Source: Oopsacas minuta
Taxonomy: Eukaryota > Animalia > Porifera
NCBI GenBank assembly: GCA_024704765.1
Contig: JAKMXF010000006.1
Coordinates: 62,001 to 126,000, forward strand
Direction: 5' to 3'
DNA length: 64,000 nucleotides
The first letter of the stretch is position 1; the number at the start of each line of letters is the position of its first letter. The notes beneath the pieces are model-generated. The model had not been told where the DNA came from. It saw only the letters and a list, made by a program, of their open reading frames with translations, and did not search any database. This document shows, piece after piece, positions 25,091-38,330 of the stretch. The translations under genes were made by a program, and so were the position numbers.

Positions 25091-26623
25091 TCCTTCGCTT
25101 ATTCAAACCAGTTGAATGTTCCATAGAATGTTACACACTGGTCTCCTTAAATGTCCATTTTCGCCATCAATTCTAAAATATGTGCGATTAGCTACTCAGA
25201 GAATATAGCAGAGTAAAATTATGCATTCGGAGTCGCATATTGTAACCCCCAACAAACAAAATATTGTTCCTAATGTAGAGACTTAATATTTAGCAAACTT
25301 AATTAATACAAATCCTATGGAAATGAATATACGACCAACGGGATTCATGATATGCGACCCTGACTGTATATGTCTAAAACTATAGTATAACTAGCTCTCT
25401 GGTGATGTACGGACAAAAATATTCCTCAAGCATTACCAGTATATTTTGAGTTGTTTCTAAACTCTACAATCAGAAAATATATGAAAATTATTTCAAAAAA
25501 TTTGATTGGTAACTATATACTCCTTAAGTCTTGACAATAGAGTGGGACTATGGTAGAAGGATCAGAATACAGGAGGACATTTGACACTAGCAAGTACCTC
25601 GAATCCTGAAGGACCGTTGGCCCTCCGACATTGGCCACAACAACAACAACAACAACATGTACCGTAATTTTATTTCTATTTCTATACGTATTCCAATAAA
25701 ATAGTGTGATGTTATGAAATGTGATTAATATGTACCTCTTTGGTGTATTTCTGATGCTGATGAGATTAAGTCTTCTGTACTCACTTGAGTAAGATCTACA
25801 TAACAAACACAGTTACTCTATACAAGTACGTATCGCTTCCTAGGTCGCTGTTCGACAGCTTGGTGCCACCAAATTTGTGGTCTAGCCATTAGTTTGATTC
25901 ATTTTATTGTGGTCAGATTATATATTGCCTTACAACCTCCCTGTTTGTATGTATTTAAAATACCTTCTGGTCCCGGTTCATATTATATATACTTAATTCG
26001 AATATCTAAAAGGTCAAAATTGGTCAATATTTTGTCGAATATATATTGATTTTCGTTCGAGACTTGTCCGAGGCAGTAGAAAAACTCTTCTTGTCTGGTA
26101 CCACCCATGGCTCAACAGTTTATGCCAAACTAGTTAGATAGAATATAGCCAGCAAATTCTTCCTAGATGTTTTTCGCATACTGTTAGGCATATTAGTACA
26201 GCAGAACTTCTGAAATGCGGAAAGCCTCTTCGGAGAGTGTCCGAATCTTAGAATTACAATAAGTCTATGGGAGATCCAATTTGGACCTAAGTAATATAAA
26301 CCTTGAGATGAATTCGGATTGGCGAATCTAATTGTTTGAACGGTATGTGATTACTAAGAAACGTGTTAGACATTAAGTACAACTAATGACAGCTCCAATA
26401 TAAGAAAAATTAGCTGACAATATTTAAATGAATTTATAAATTTATGGAAAAGTAGTACCGAGTTTGTAAGGTGTTAAAGGTTCGACTGTACTCTAAACCA
26501 TTTGCAGTATTTATCGTACACTACTGTTTATCAGTATTGTATATTTATACATTCTCCTAAGTAGTCGAAATTAGATTTTGCTATCTATTCAACACCCACA
26601 TATCAACAGATTCGTTATCCTTT

Positions 26624-26660
26624 TTTTCAAATACTAGCCTGTCAGGCTAGTATTTGAAAA
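26624..26660. repeat. Perfect 37-bp palindrome (18-bp arms, 1-nt centre)
   Basis: TTTTCAAATACTAGCCTG-T-CAGGCTAGTATTTGAAAA. Confidence 0.9.
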
Positions 26661-27620
26661 GCACGGCCAGTTGATTTTGCAGAAATTATTGCTTGAATAA
26701 TCAGAGGTGAATTTCTCTCCTTTTTGCAACGGGCATAAGCTATATGTAATTAATCAAATTCGCTGCGTGCATTATACTCATGAACAACATTTGAAACGAA
26801 TCTTGCCCAATTTTGAAATATATGTATGCAATAAGAGGTGAAATACGATTAATCATGATAAATCATTTAGATATGGATTTGAAATGTCAAAAATTGGAAT
26901 CTACATAGTCCCTCACCTCTGACACATAGTTGAAAAGAAATCTCAAGCATCAATTTGAATAATATGCAAAAATGTGTAAATATGATAATTTATATCATTA
27001 ATCATGTATATATAGATTTGTACATATCTACATACCCCGATTATCCCTAACTAAACTAGCCATTGAAATGAAAGGTCTAACATCATCTTAAGAGGTGCAG
27101 GTCTCTCAACCTTTGAGGTTCCCAAATGGTGAGAGTTTTTACTATCTCGCCGTGAGATAGTAAGAAGGCTGTCGTGAGACCGTGAGGTTTTCTCAAAATA
27201 GTGAGACTTGAGAGGCCTGCCTGAGGTGTCATCATGTATGTACAAGCACATAACTACAGTAGACGGATACGTATTACCATAATAATGTTGTCAAATCGTC
27301 GAGTGTATTACTAACTACCTTGACCTATTTGATGCTAACCATACCGACTTTGAGCTCCCTCATTCATTTAGAGATCTCCGTACTTTCAAAATTTTGTTAT
27401 TGTAGGGGGATTGCACATACAGTCATAAATTATGTATTATGTTTTATATCTATGAGTTACTCAACAATAGACAATATACTACTTAGCTATAAACTATCAG
27501 CAATCCGAGCAAATTCAAATTCAGGGATTTTTAGTGAAATATTCCTCGAAATTGAATTATACCGATGCATCAACTTGTGAACTCTGTTTTGTAAATACCA
27601 GATTGTACTATTTATAATAA

Positions 27621-28082
27621 CGAGCTTGTGGCTCGTTGCTTCGCGATGAACTCGGCGCATTGCGCTTCGAGGTTTCCATTATTCTCCAAATTGACAGCCC
27701 CTTTGAGTAGTGTAATATAGATATATTTAGGACCGTTTAGTCCACAAATATACCTGGCATATATGTTATTGAATTATTTTGTAAGATCAACCCCCTTTGT
27801 AGCCGTTGAGGGCAAGTATCTAGGTAAATTTTGAAATTTGGCTGGCTTGTTTACTTTATATTCACAAAAACAACAAAAAATTTACATATGATTAATCCAA
27901 AAGTGTGAAAATCGGATTCAGCATGTTCGATATATTTAGTGAAGTTTTATTGAATTATATTTGCTTCCTTGATAAACACGATAAATACATAGTTATGCGA
28001 CAATTTCAAAATTGGATACCGTATATCCTTTCCTTGATAACGGACAAGCAAACAATCAACAATTGAGATTTAGTAGTATAGA
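27621..28082 (-). mobile_element. Helitron-like family A, full copy (462 bp)
   Basis: On the minus strand, A|TCTATAC start and ACGAGC-cacaa-GCTCG|T end; colinear with 6527-6990. Confidence 0.65.
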
Positions 28083-28963
28083 TTGTACCTGCTTATACAT
28101 GGGACTGTAATTCTAATTGTAAACATATGGTTAGTAGTGTAAGTTGAATTTAAAAAACTGCATTATACTTAGAAGAATTATAACATATAATGAAAATGAG
28201 AATATACATAACGGCAGAGCTATAATTCATAGGTTGTTTCATACTAAACTTCCAGCAGCCTAGGTTGCTGTTTAGTAATCCCCAATACGGTATATCAATT
28301 TCACATCGGTTAAAGTATTAACATATCACGATATTGCATCATAATTGTCAGGGATATCTTAACAAAATTTATTATTAGGATATGGAAATTCGGGTATATG
28401 CTATATATTTTCAAGATGATTAGCCATAACATTAATGGTTGTCAAGTTATAGGTGAATATTAGCAGAAATATGTTATCCATGGTCACTACTATAACTCTG
28501 GAACCTGAGAACTTTGTTATGGCAATTTTTTGATATTTTGTATGAAAACATCCTTGGATAAATTGGTGTTAATTCCAGAGTTGACAAAGCGATATATATT
28601 GATCATTGACAGAACTTGAAAAATGGCGCAGTTTCACAACATGTTCTCGTTTTAGCAAATCAGATGGCGTCATTTTGACCTGGGACTCGTCGGATGACAT
28701 AGCTTTTGTTAATTATTAACTAACAATAATACATTTATTCGGGCCAAAATGAACCAATTTTGTATTATCGTGAATAATATTATTGCCTATCAAATTTAAT
28801 GGACTTCAAGTAATCAATGGTTTCGAATAGTAGTAAGGCCATATATAGCGAAGGTTACATTTGACCTTAAGAATTTGGCTATCGACATATACGTATTTGG
28901 GCTTGGTAAAATCACAATGCCATATTTTAACATTCACATAGTAATTGAATATATGTAATCTGT

Positions 28964-29125
28964 GAACTTGATTATGCAAGTAATGTTTGTGGAGATATTA
29001 CTAGCCTATACAAAGATTTATAGGCGATAGAATATAAATTATCTAGGAACTTGACTATACAAGTAATGTTTGTGGAGATATTACTAGCCTAGACAAAGAT
29101 TTAGAATCTGATAGTGTATATCTAA
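28964..29125. repeat. Tandem duplication, 83-bp unit x2
   Basis: GAACTTGA..CAAGTAATGTTTGTGGAGATATTACTAGCCTA..CAAAGATTTA starts at 28964 and again at 29047. Confidence 0.8.
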
Positions 29126-30356
29126 GCAAGTGATAATGTTACCCTAGAATAAACGTAGTATTATACATATATATTGCGGACAGAGGCCTATCTAGGGTCG
29201 CTCATAGGGTCCGCTAAGTTGGAAACGAACTAAGAAATTTATTGTAATAAAGAAATACGTAATAGAGATTTTTGAAGTGAGCTAGGGGCTCCAGAATGGG
29301 ATGAAACTTTGATTTAGGAATACAAATAAATTTACAAGTGGGTTTAACCTTAATATTTTGTCAGGAATCTACTACAGTAGAACTCAGATCAGACTTAACC
29401 CCTCGAGAAACAAAATTAGCACATGAGGAATTGAAAATCCGTTTTGGAGAAAAATACAAACTAACAGAGTTCTACTGTACCTACCAATCTGTGGTGTGAG
29501 GTAGAACATAAAGTCCAAGAGCATTAAGGTTTAACCTGGACATAAAGGGTACTATTTTTGTAGAATAGTTGAGAACCCCATTCAGCAACTCTGAAAGCCA
29601 AATTTCTTTGTGCAACTAAACATGTCTTTTTTCGCATTTGTATTTTCATTTTCTCATTAGGGCGTAGCCGTTCAAATGTTAAGTAACGCAAAATTCTGTA
29701 AATTTTGACCGGGCTCCTTTCTGTGTCACGCTTTTTGAAATTTGTAATACCATTAGAATGGGGCTTTCACGCTTTGATATTCCGTTGGTAGCATTACGTG
29801 ACGTTTGAACAGTCCCTTCTGGAAAAGTCAAGATGTATAACTTTTTTCAATGAAATCTAACTATTTTTCAATGTGATATTCTTAAATAGTGAAAAATTTC
29901 CCGTCGTTTAAGTGATCACTTGACCAAGCGATTTTCCCTAGTAGCACAAGAATGCTTCAAGAATGTGATAACATTCCAATCTTGTTTTAACCCCATCTGG
30001 TGATCTGTCGTTAGTTGCCGCTAGGCTAGCTGAGTAATACACATATCGAACTTCGGAAATCTAAATGTTCATAAAAACACGATAATACTTAAGGGGTGTG
30101 GTTAGAACCTTCCTAATATTACTAATTAACGGGTTAACAGCTGCGATTATTTCAGGGCTCTCAATTTGGAAACCTTCAAAATCGTGAGATTCATCAAAAA
30201 TCTCACGAAAGAATCGTGAGATGTGCAATTTAGTATTAGTATTCAATGAAAAGACCAGGCATACTGTAGTAATTTTAGTTCCTAAGTCATGAGAGGTGAG
30301 AGACCTGTTATTTTATAATACAATGTTTTGTGGTTACAATTGAAAACACCAATACA

Positions 30357-30704
30357 CAAAGTTGTGGATTTGATTGATAATTCATTCAAATCCAAATCAA
30401 ATCACTCGGTAATATGAATTCCGGATATTATAAGATGTACAAATATAATCGAGCCCTACCCTGATATACGTAAAACGAAAGTCTACTGCAAGTACTCATG
30501 TGTGATAATAATGATTACAGGCTGTGGTACATTAATATATTTCTGGGTTACCCTGTTCCCATGTCAATAATTATGCAACAGTGTACTTTATTTTATTGAC
30601 AGATCCTAGCAACAGATGAAATATATGCGTACTTAAAGCTAAATTAAATTTTCAAAAGGATTTGCTCAGACATTAAATCAAATCAAATCAAATCCACAAC
30701 TCTG
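30357..30704. mobile_element. hAT-type MITE family C, copy 1
   Basis: TIR CA(A/G)AGTTGTGGATTTGATT; TSD CCAATACA / TCAATACA; colinear with 35646-36033. Confidence 0.8.
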
Positions 30705-32116
30705 TCAATACATAGCTAGCATATACGTATGTTATTTTGATGCGATTTTAGCATACAAAACTATTGAAATTCTGAACTACCTATCTAAGAATACTTCTCA
30801 AAGGTTCTTAACTAGCAGAATTCGTGTATTTATATTTTCGTACCTCATAAAACCTTACAAACACTAAATATTTGTCGGAAATGAGACTATTCAGTTAACC
30901 GAATATATTATATCCTAGTAGTTAACTGGATATGTTTCTGGTAATGCGAATGAAGGAAGATATGTAGGGTTGAGTAACTTGCATGCAACCGAAAATCATT
31001 CTTTCAATTACCATAAATAACGATCATGCAACACACATTATCTATCGTTCTTCTTCATTTTTCTATAAAACAAGGAAACACTGTTTAAGCCAAGTAAAAA
31101 TTAAGAATTGAGAGAATTCTGTCAGAAAATCGAGCAGAGGTGAGCGAAGAATTTGAACCTAGTGTTGGAATTTGGAAGCATGTTTTAAATCAGAAAAAAT
31201 TCAAAGTGCTGTAACGATGTATGAAGTTTTGGATGCCACGAAACTCCTGAAATTTCGAATTCTGAGTTTAAAATGAATACTTTTGTACCAGGCCCCAAAC
31301 CTTAACTACGCCACTGCCGAACAGTACTGTTCCAATTACAAAATAACTCGTTCGTATTATAAAATACATTGAAATAATACAATATGAATATCGGGGTAAG
31401 TATATTTATCGAATTAATACTAATGCTGAAAAGGATGGTAATATGTGTGATAGTATAATGTATTTGACCATATTATTATTGGATATAATTGTCTTTTGAA
31501 CACTTTAGAATGGTTATAAATCGTCATATAAGCTTTAAGTTTAGTTGGATTATCGAGGGTTCGAATTAACGAGGTTTGGAATATGAAAATGATTGCAAAT
31601 CAGTCTAGGTTTGTGGAGTTGACTTGGTACATATTTTCTTTCAATTCTACTACCATTCTTAGGAGAAGACTATAAAAGAAACATCAATATGTAGAAAGCA
31701 ATGTATTACAGTCCATATTATTGAAAGAAAGTCACTACAATCTCATCTGATTTTGAGGAAAACATTATACCAGGTAAATATTATTAATACTTATTAATTC
31801 ATGACAATAAATAAATAACTAAATTTAATATTGTGCACTTTTGTCGTTTTGTGATTGAGTCGATTGAATAACTTGTGAGATATGTACAATTATTTTGGAT
31901 AATGTAAAGTGGATTTAACGCAATTTTATGTCTTAATTGCGTTAAATGACGCGTTAACGTGCTTTTCAGGAAACACTGCTGGCATGTATTCCAAGAACAG
32001 GGCACTTTCGCCAGAATTAATGTACAGTGGAACCTGTGTTAATCCGACAGTGTTTTGGTTATGAAATGATAGAGTGTAGAATTTATCTACGTTGTATAAT
32101 ATTTAGGACCACTAAA

Positions 32117-35100
32117 ATGAAGTCAGTACTGTTGTTGCAGATATTCTGCTGCGTTATAGCCATTTCTACACAATTAGAGGGTGCTAGTGTTACGGTAGAC
32201 CTTCCATTCGGATCGATTAAGGGATATTCTAACGGAGATTCCTGGCAGTTTTACGGGATACCATTTGCAGCTCCTCCAGTAGGAGATTTACGTTGGCAGC
32301 CTCCTACTGACTTCATTCCTTGGACTGGATCTACACTAGATGCAAATTACCCACCACCTGCTTGTATTCAAAATTGTCAACTAGGAATGCCTGCTTGTGC
32401 TGCCAATATGAGTGAGGATTGCCTTTATTTGAATATATTCATACCCATCTCCTGGACACCCGGATCTAACATGACATATGATGTATTACTGTTCATATAC
32501 GGAGGATCATTCATAGAAGGAACATCTGGTTGTTTACTCTACGATTCCAAGTAAGGGTAAAAAATAATTATCATTTAATTACTTAACTTGGTAGGAATAC
32601 ACTATGCAGTATGTAAAATTCCCGGACCGAATTTTCAGATTTTTTTGTTCCTTATTGACCTAATACGTAGACATTTTCGGTTATTTCAAATATGGCTAAC
32701 ATAATGATAGAATGAAGCCCTGCATTTCACAAAAGTGTTGTATTACCTATTGGTAAGTTATGCAACATCTGTGATTATATACTCAAAATTGTTTCAATAG
32801 CAGTCCCAATTCTGAACCCTTCTTTGGCAATTGGTAAAATGCTGCTCGGATTAGCAATGGTACAGGTACAACTGATACATTGTAGTCATATATACAAATC
32901 ATACTTTACTCCCAAATAGGTTCTTCACAAAGTTCACTGATACAATCATTGTAACGTTTAACTATCGCGTCGGAGCACTAGGTTTCCTGAGGAATCCGGC
33001 ATATAATATCGATGGAAACATGGGTTTTATAGATCAACGTGTGGCTATGCAATGGGTTAACAACTACATTTCATATTTCGGAGGGAATGGGAAGATAACC
33101 CTGTTTGGAGAAAGTGCTGGTGCTATCTCTGTCGGTGCTCACTTAGCATCCCCTCTCTCTACAGGCCTCTTTCGTAATGCTATCGTTGAGAGCGATCCCT
33201 GGACAATCCCATTGAGAAGTACAATTAATGCGGATGTATTAGGAGAAGAGTTCTTTTTGGTATGAAATTTTAAATATTATCGCACTTCGCGAAACGCTGC
33301 ATTCGGACCGCCCCGAAATTGTGTTATAATAGTCTCTCTTACCATCTACATTCAGTATCCGGTAATCCGAACCCTCTGAGGACATCTAAATCCGTTCCAG
33401 ATAGAGATTGTTCGAGTTAGCTGATGTTGACTGTGTAAATAGCGCTGTTTATACTTAACACTGTAATTTTCTGTTGATTAATTTTTCAGTAGTTACTAAG
33501 ATTAGTGTTCGCCTCTTTGGAATAAAGAATTTACTTAGCACTCAACTCGCTAGTGCAGATTTATTCCCATAGCCACATGTAATATTATAGTACAGTTGTG
33601 GGCACATATTTCTCCTCGAGGTCGACTTTTCGCATTGGAAAATTACCCCAACCTAAACAAAATATTTTCTTTTGCTGTATAACACGATTTCATTGGCTAG
33701 TGAATCAATATTATTCAAATTCTGGGCTAATCGCAGTTTGGGAGATTCGAAACAAGTTCCATCAGTCATCTGTGAGCTTAGTGCTTAAAAGAACAGCAAC
33801 GTATTCACTTTCAATGTGTACTCGGAGATATATGCCCATTCATAGCCTACTAAACATAAGGCCTGTTTGATCGTAACTTGACACAAACCATGGATATGCT
33901 AGACTCGCTGCTTACTGATACAATAGGGCCACCGAAGGTACTGACCAAAAGTTGCCGTTATATACAGGTTGCCGCTATGAGGGGTTGGCAGTTAGAGACT
34001 AGTGTGGAATTATGTATATCTTAATAGTGGTGGTGTAGAGAAATTATAATTTTAGATAAGTGATCGATTTACAAGAAATACAGTGGAAGTAGGTAATATG
34101 GCCACCCAATGGACTTGTCAAATGTAGACATAATGTGAGTCGACACTATATAAAGTGGCCGTTATAACCAGGTTTAGCCCTAGCAAAGGACCAAAAATGA
34201 TGGCCGCGTTGAGCAGGTGGAAGCTATACAGAGGTTATTATAATGGGAATTCGGAGGGCACTTGTGAATGGTGGCCGTGTATGTAACCGTTATACAGATG
34301 TGGCCGTTAAGCAGGTTTGACTGTATACTGAAATAGATGTGACATCATCCCAACAGTAAAGCACGAAAACTACAAACTTTGAGTGTTGTCTGAGATTGTT
34401 GTCAACTCAAAATGATTTGATACAGCCCTATTAAATAATTTATTAAAGACTACTGCAGCGAATTTATTCACATATTCTCAATTTCAAATACATATCACCA
34501 ATTATAGCATAATAACGATTACGATTACGATTGTAATCATTATCAGCTCCAACCCTGACGTATATCCAATATTTGTATTATTAAACCCAATAATACGCGT
34601 ATTTCTAATCGATCAGGACACTTCGAGCGATCTTGTTCCATATTTTGGGATTAACTTTATTGTAATTATTTAGGAACTGGATTGCATTACCAAAAGATGC
34701 ATCTTTGACAAGACATCGGAAGAAATATTATCGGTTCAGACAAAGTTACACTTAGCGCTTTCATTTTCACTCGATATCCTCGGAAATTTTCTTCCTTAGG
34801 CTCCGATCATTGACAACATAAACTTACTTGATCAGCCATTAGCAACACTGCTTGAAAAAGCAAAAACTTCTGCTTTTCTACCTGTGATAATAGGTACCAC
34901 TACCAATGAAGGACTCCTTTTCATAGAGAGGTTAAATAGGATATCACCAGTTAAAGGAGAAGCTTTATACAACGCCATGTTGTTATTCGTCTTCCCATAC
35001 CACTTTGAATCTGTAGTTAATACATACAATTCATTGTACGGAGTACCAACGAACTATGTAGATAGGTTATCATTGATAGCAGGAGATTACGTGTTCCTCT

Positions 35101-37471
35101 GCCCGACAAGGAAATTGTTAGCTACGATATCCGATGGTGAACAATACGCTTGGGGTTATCTTTGGAATAGAGGTGAAACATACAACGCATCAAGTACTTT
35201 CTGTTATAATATACCATGTCATGGATCAGAACTCCCCTACGTATTCGGTACTCCTAGTCTATGGGACCAACAGTTCACTCCTAATGACTTAAATCTATCC
35301 AGACAGATACAGACTTACTGGAGAAACATGGCCTATAGTAGTGATCCTAACATGGGGTCGGGTGGGACTGGAGTATATCCAGCCTGGCCGAGATACGAAA
35401 CAAGGACTGGAGTAGAGATGTTTTTCGACGAACCAATTGGTAGACTGTCGTACAACTACAGTGATAGGGTATGTGACTTTCTAGACACCATAGGGTATGA
35501 TCGTTCAGATATATTCGGAAATTCTTCAGTCATTAGGAGCTTTCTATTGATGGTAGTTGTAGGTGAGTTATTATAAATTTATGTACGTATTTACAGTGGT
35601 ATTCTCTTAACTGTATATGCTGTATATGCTGTAATGCTGTATATGCAGAGTTGTGGATTTGATTGATATTTCATTCAAACCCAAATCAAATCACTCGGTA
35701 ATATGAATTCCGGATGTTATAAGACGGACAAATATAATCGAGCCCTGCCCTGATATACCTAATACGAGAGTCTACTGCAAGTACTCATGTGTGATAATAA
35801 TGATTGCAGACTGGTACATTATTATATTTTTGGGTTACCCTGTTCCCATGTCAATAATTAAGCAACAGTGTACTTTATTTTGTAGACAGATCCTAGCAAC
35901 AGATTAACTATATGCGTACTTAAAGCTAAATTATATTTTAAAAAGGATTTGACTCAAACATTAAATCAAATCAAATCATTTTCCATTCAAAATGCACCAA
36001 ATCCATCCAAATCAAATCGAAACCACAACTCTATGTATATGTAAGTTTTTCAATGCATTTGGTGTATATCTTAACGCAAGGTAGCTTATTGGGAATGAAT
36101 TTCTTACAAATCACAACCTCGTAATAGGTCAAGTTCGTATAAAATATTTGTAATACATTACAAGCCTTTACATACATCCCAACAAAAAAGCAGGACTTTT
36201 AGTGATTTGTCCTTCGTCCTCGCTTAAACTCGAGGCCTGTCACGGATCAATCGTATGGGAAAAACTGGACAACACGTCTTAAATATTATTTATTTACTTA
36301 TGACTACTGCTATGTTCTGATCAAGCATAATATTTCCAACTGCAGATCACCACGTAGTTCATAAGCTCGGTGAGTTTCTCAATGATAAATCTATCGTTCC
36401 GATTTTCCCGGACGCCCGACAAATGGCCAAATATCCCGCGAAATTGCATGGTTCTGTACCTCGACGATGGTGTACATTTTGGCATGTATGATTTGGCTTA
36501 TCGCTTCGCGAAAATTTTCGTCACTCTGCTCATCGATGAGTATATACTATATACCATGAATATAGGCAGAGCATGAATAGAGGAACTACCATTCCCTTCA
36601 CCGTATAGAGTAAAGTGGGTAGCCATCGTTTCCCATTTGTTGTTTATATGAAAATATTATGTATATGAACAATTTATTGAAAATACACAGGAGTAAAAAA
36701 GTGAACTGAATCTGAATTTCGCATAATCAACAGTGCTGTGAACAGCAAATGTTCATTTAGGCCGGATAATATATTTAACTGGCCTAAATGAATACAACGG
36801 ACTAGATTTCCACATGTGAATTATTTTTGTTCAACAGGGATGTAATCAACGAAAGAGTATACTTCTAATTCTTTTAACTTCTTGATGAGCAGTATTTGCT
36901 CATTAGTCACGATACCATAAGGTCTTTATTAAAGAACATTTGCAACCTCTTATTTACTGATAGAACTGGAAACTGCTGTTATAGTTAACAGTAACTAAGT
37001 TGCTTTGGTAGTTTCATTTGTTAAAAGCAACTAACAAATGTGATTTTAGAGAGAAAAGATTTGCTGTTAACAATGCTGTTAACAGCATTTCTTTCATCCC
37101 TGATTATCAAGATTCTTATATGTGAAGCTGGCATGATTTTATGATAAAATTCATTTAAACTTTTTTGAATTGCGTAAATACGACTGGAAGTGTCCGCATT
37201 ATGACGAAATGTTTCAAAGCGATGAGCCCGTTAAAGACTCATTAACAACTATAAGTAAGAATTATCAATGGGATTTCGTGATTACTATCATTACAGTGTT
37301 TATCAACCTTTTTCGATCGGCGGAACATGTATTTCCCTTAGAATTTAGCCACACCTGTCATGGGTGAATTCAAATTTGAAAATATCTCATAGTATTCATG
37401 AGTACTTATATATTTTTCATCTTATAGCAGTTGTTTTGATTGGATTGATCAACAGTATCTCCTCCTACTAA
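32117..37471 (+). CDS. Type-B carboxylesterase paralogue 2 (exons 32117-32550, 32920-33259, 34674-35562, 37428-37471); premature TAG in exon 3
   Basis: Signal peptide MKSVLLLQIFCCVIAIST; SEDCLYLN, GESAG, GTTTNEG and CHGSEL intact; hydrophobic C-terminus. TGG>TAG at 34797-34799, possibly skipped by alternative splicing. Confidence 0.7.
35646..36033. mobile_element. hAT-type MITE family C, copy 2 (intron 3 of esterase 2)
   Basis: TIR CAGAGTTGTGG..; perfect 8-bp TSD TGTATATG at 35638-35645 and 36034-36041. Confidence 0.85.
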
Positions 37472-37916
37472 CCAACAGTCATCTATTTATCAGTGTGTGT
37501 ATGTGTATGCTAATATAACTTTTCAACAATATTTACTATATCTCATGTATTGTTCTCTACTTTGTAGCATATTATATATAGCGTGTTATAGGAAATGATT
37601 TTCAGTTCTTTTGGGATTGTGGCTAACACGGGAATAGGGATTAGCCTTTATTTCGTGTTGCTCTTAGGCATATTCTTGTGACAAATGAGGCAACCCCGCA
37701 TTAATAGCAACGACTTTGCTTCTTCTACACAACGTCCTTCATGTTATCCCGAATTGATTCTTAAACCTAGGTGATCATGTTTTTTTCCTAGAGTTGTTCG
37801 ATAATTGACGATACAGGTTGATTCACGAGTAATCTGGTATATGCGTCTTGAAAATATTCATGCTCGTCGTTTACCTCAGATTTGAGTTGACCATTTAAAT
37901 CCCCTTTACATATTTA

Positions 37917-38330
37917 TTATATTGGACAATAATCTTGGACTTGTTTTGAAGTAGGATAGTTCATAATCAAACAATAAAACGCTGTGGTCGCTACCTCTAA
38001 GAGGGGGTCTAGCAAATAGGTAACTAATTTTGCCATATTATTGGTGGATAAAATATCTAACATGCCACATCCAGATCCCGAAGCAATATGTCTTGTAAAA
38101 TGGGTGACATGGTGTAAGAATAAATCATCTACGAATTCCAGGAATAATGTAGATTCCAGGGCATGATGGAGAGACGCTAATCTATGGGAGGTCCAATCAA
38201 TACCTCCTAGATTAAAATCACCTAATAGAATAATGTTTGTATCTGTTAGAGGTCGAATAGTGTCACACAAGATTGATGTATCATGTAAATAAAGATTTGG
38301 CGGACGGCAAATACCGCTATATACAGAAAT
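37917..38330 (-). mobile_element. Non-LTR retrotransposon APE-endonuclease remnant (CR1-like)
   Basis: GICRPPN...IILLGDFNLGGIDW...FLEFVDDLFL.HVTHFTR...LDIL. Confidence 0.75.

Noticed and set aside
25513-25806. ORF with poly-Val
   Set aside because: Produced by a (CAA)n microsatellite read antisense.
25900-26200. Protein-like minus-strand frame (AMGGTRQEEFFYCLGQ...)
   Set aside because: Many stops and no recognisable motif.
27600-28088. AGATTGTAC on both sides of the Helitron-like copy as a TSD
   Set aside because: Not flush with the termini (12-nt offset on the left) and overlaps the element end on the right.
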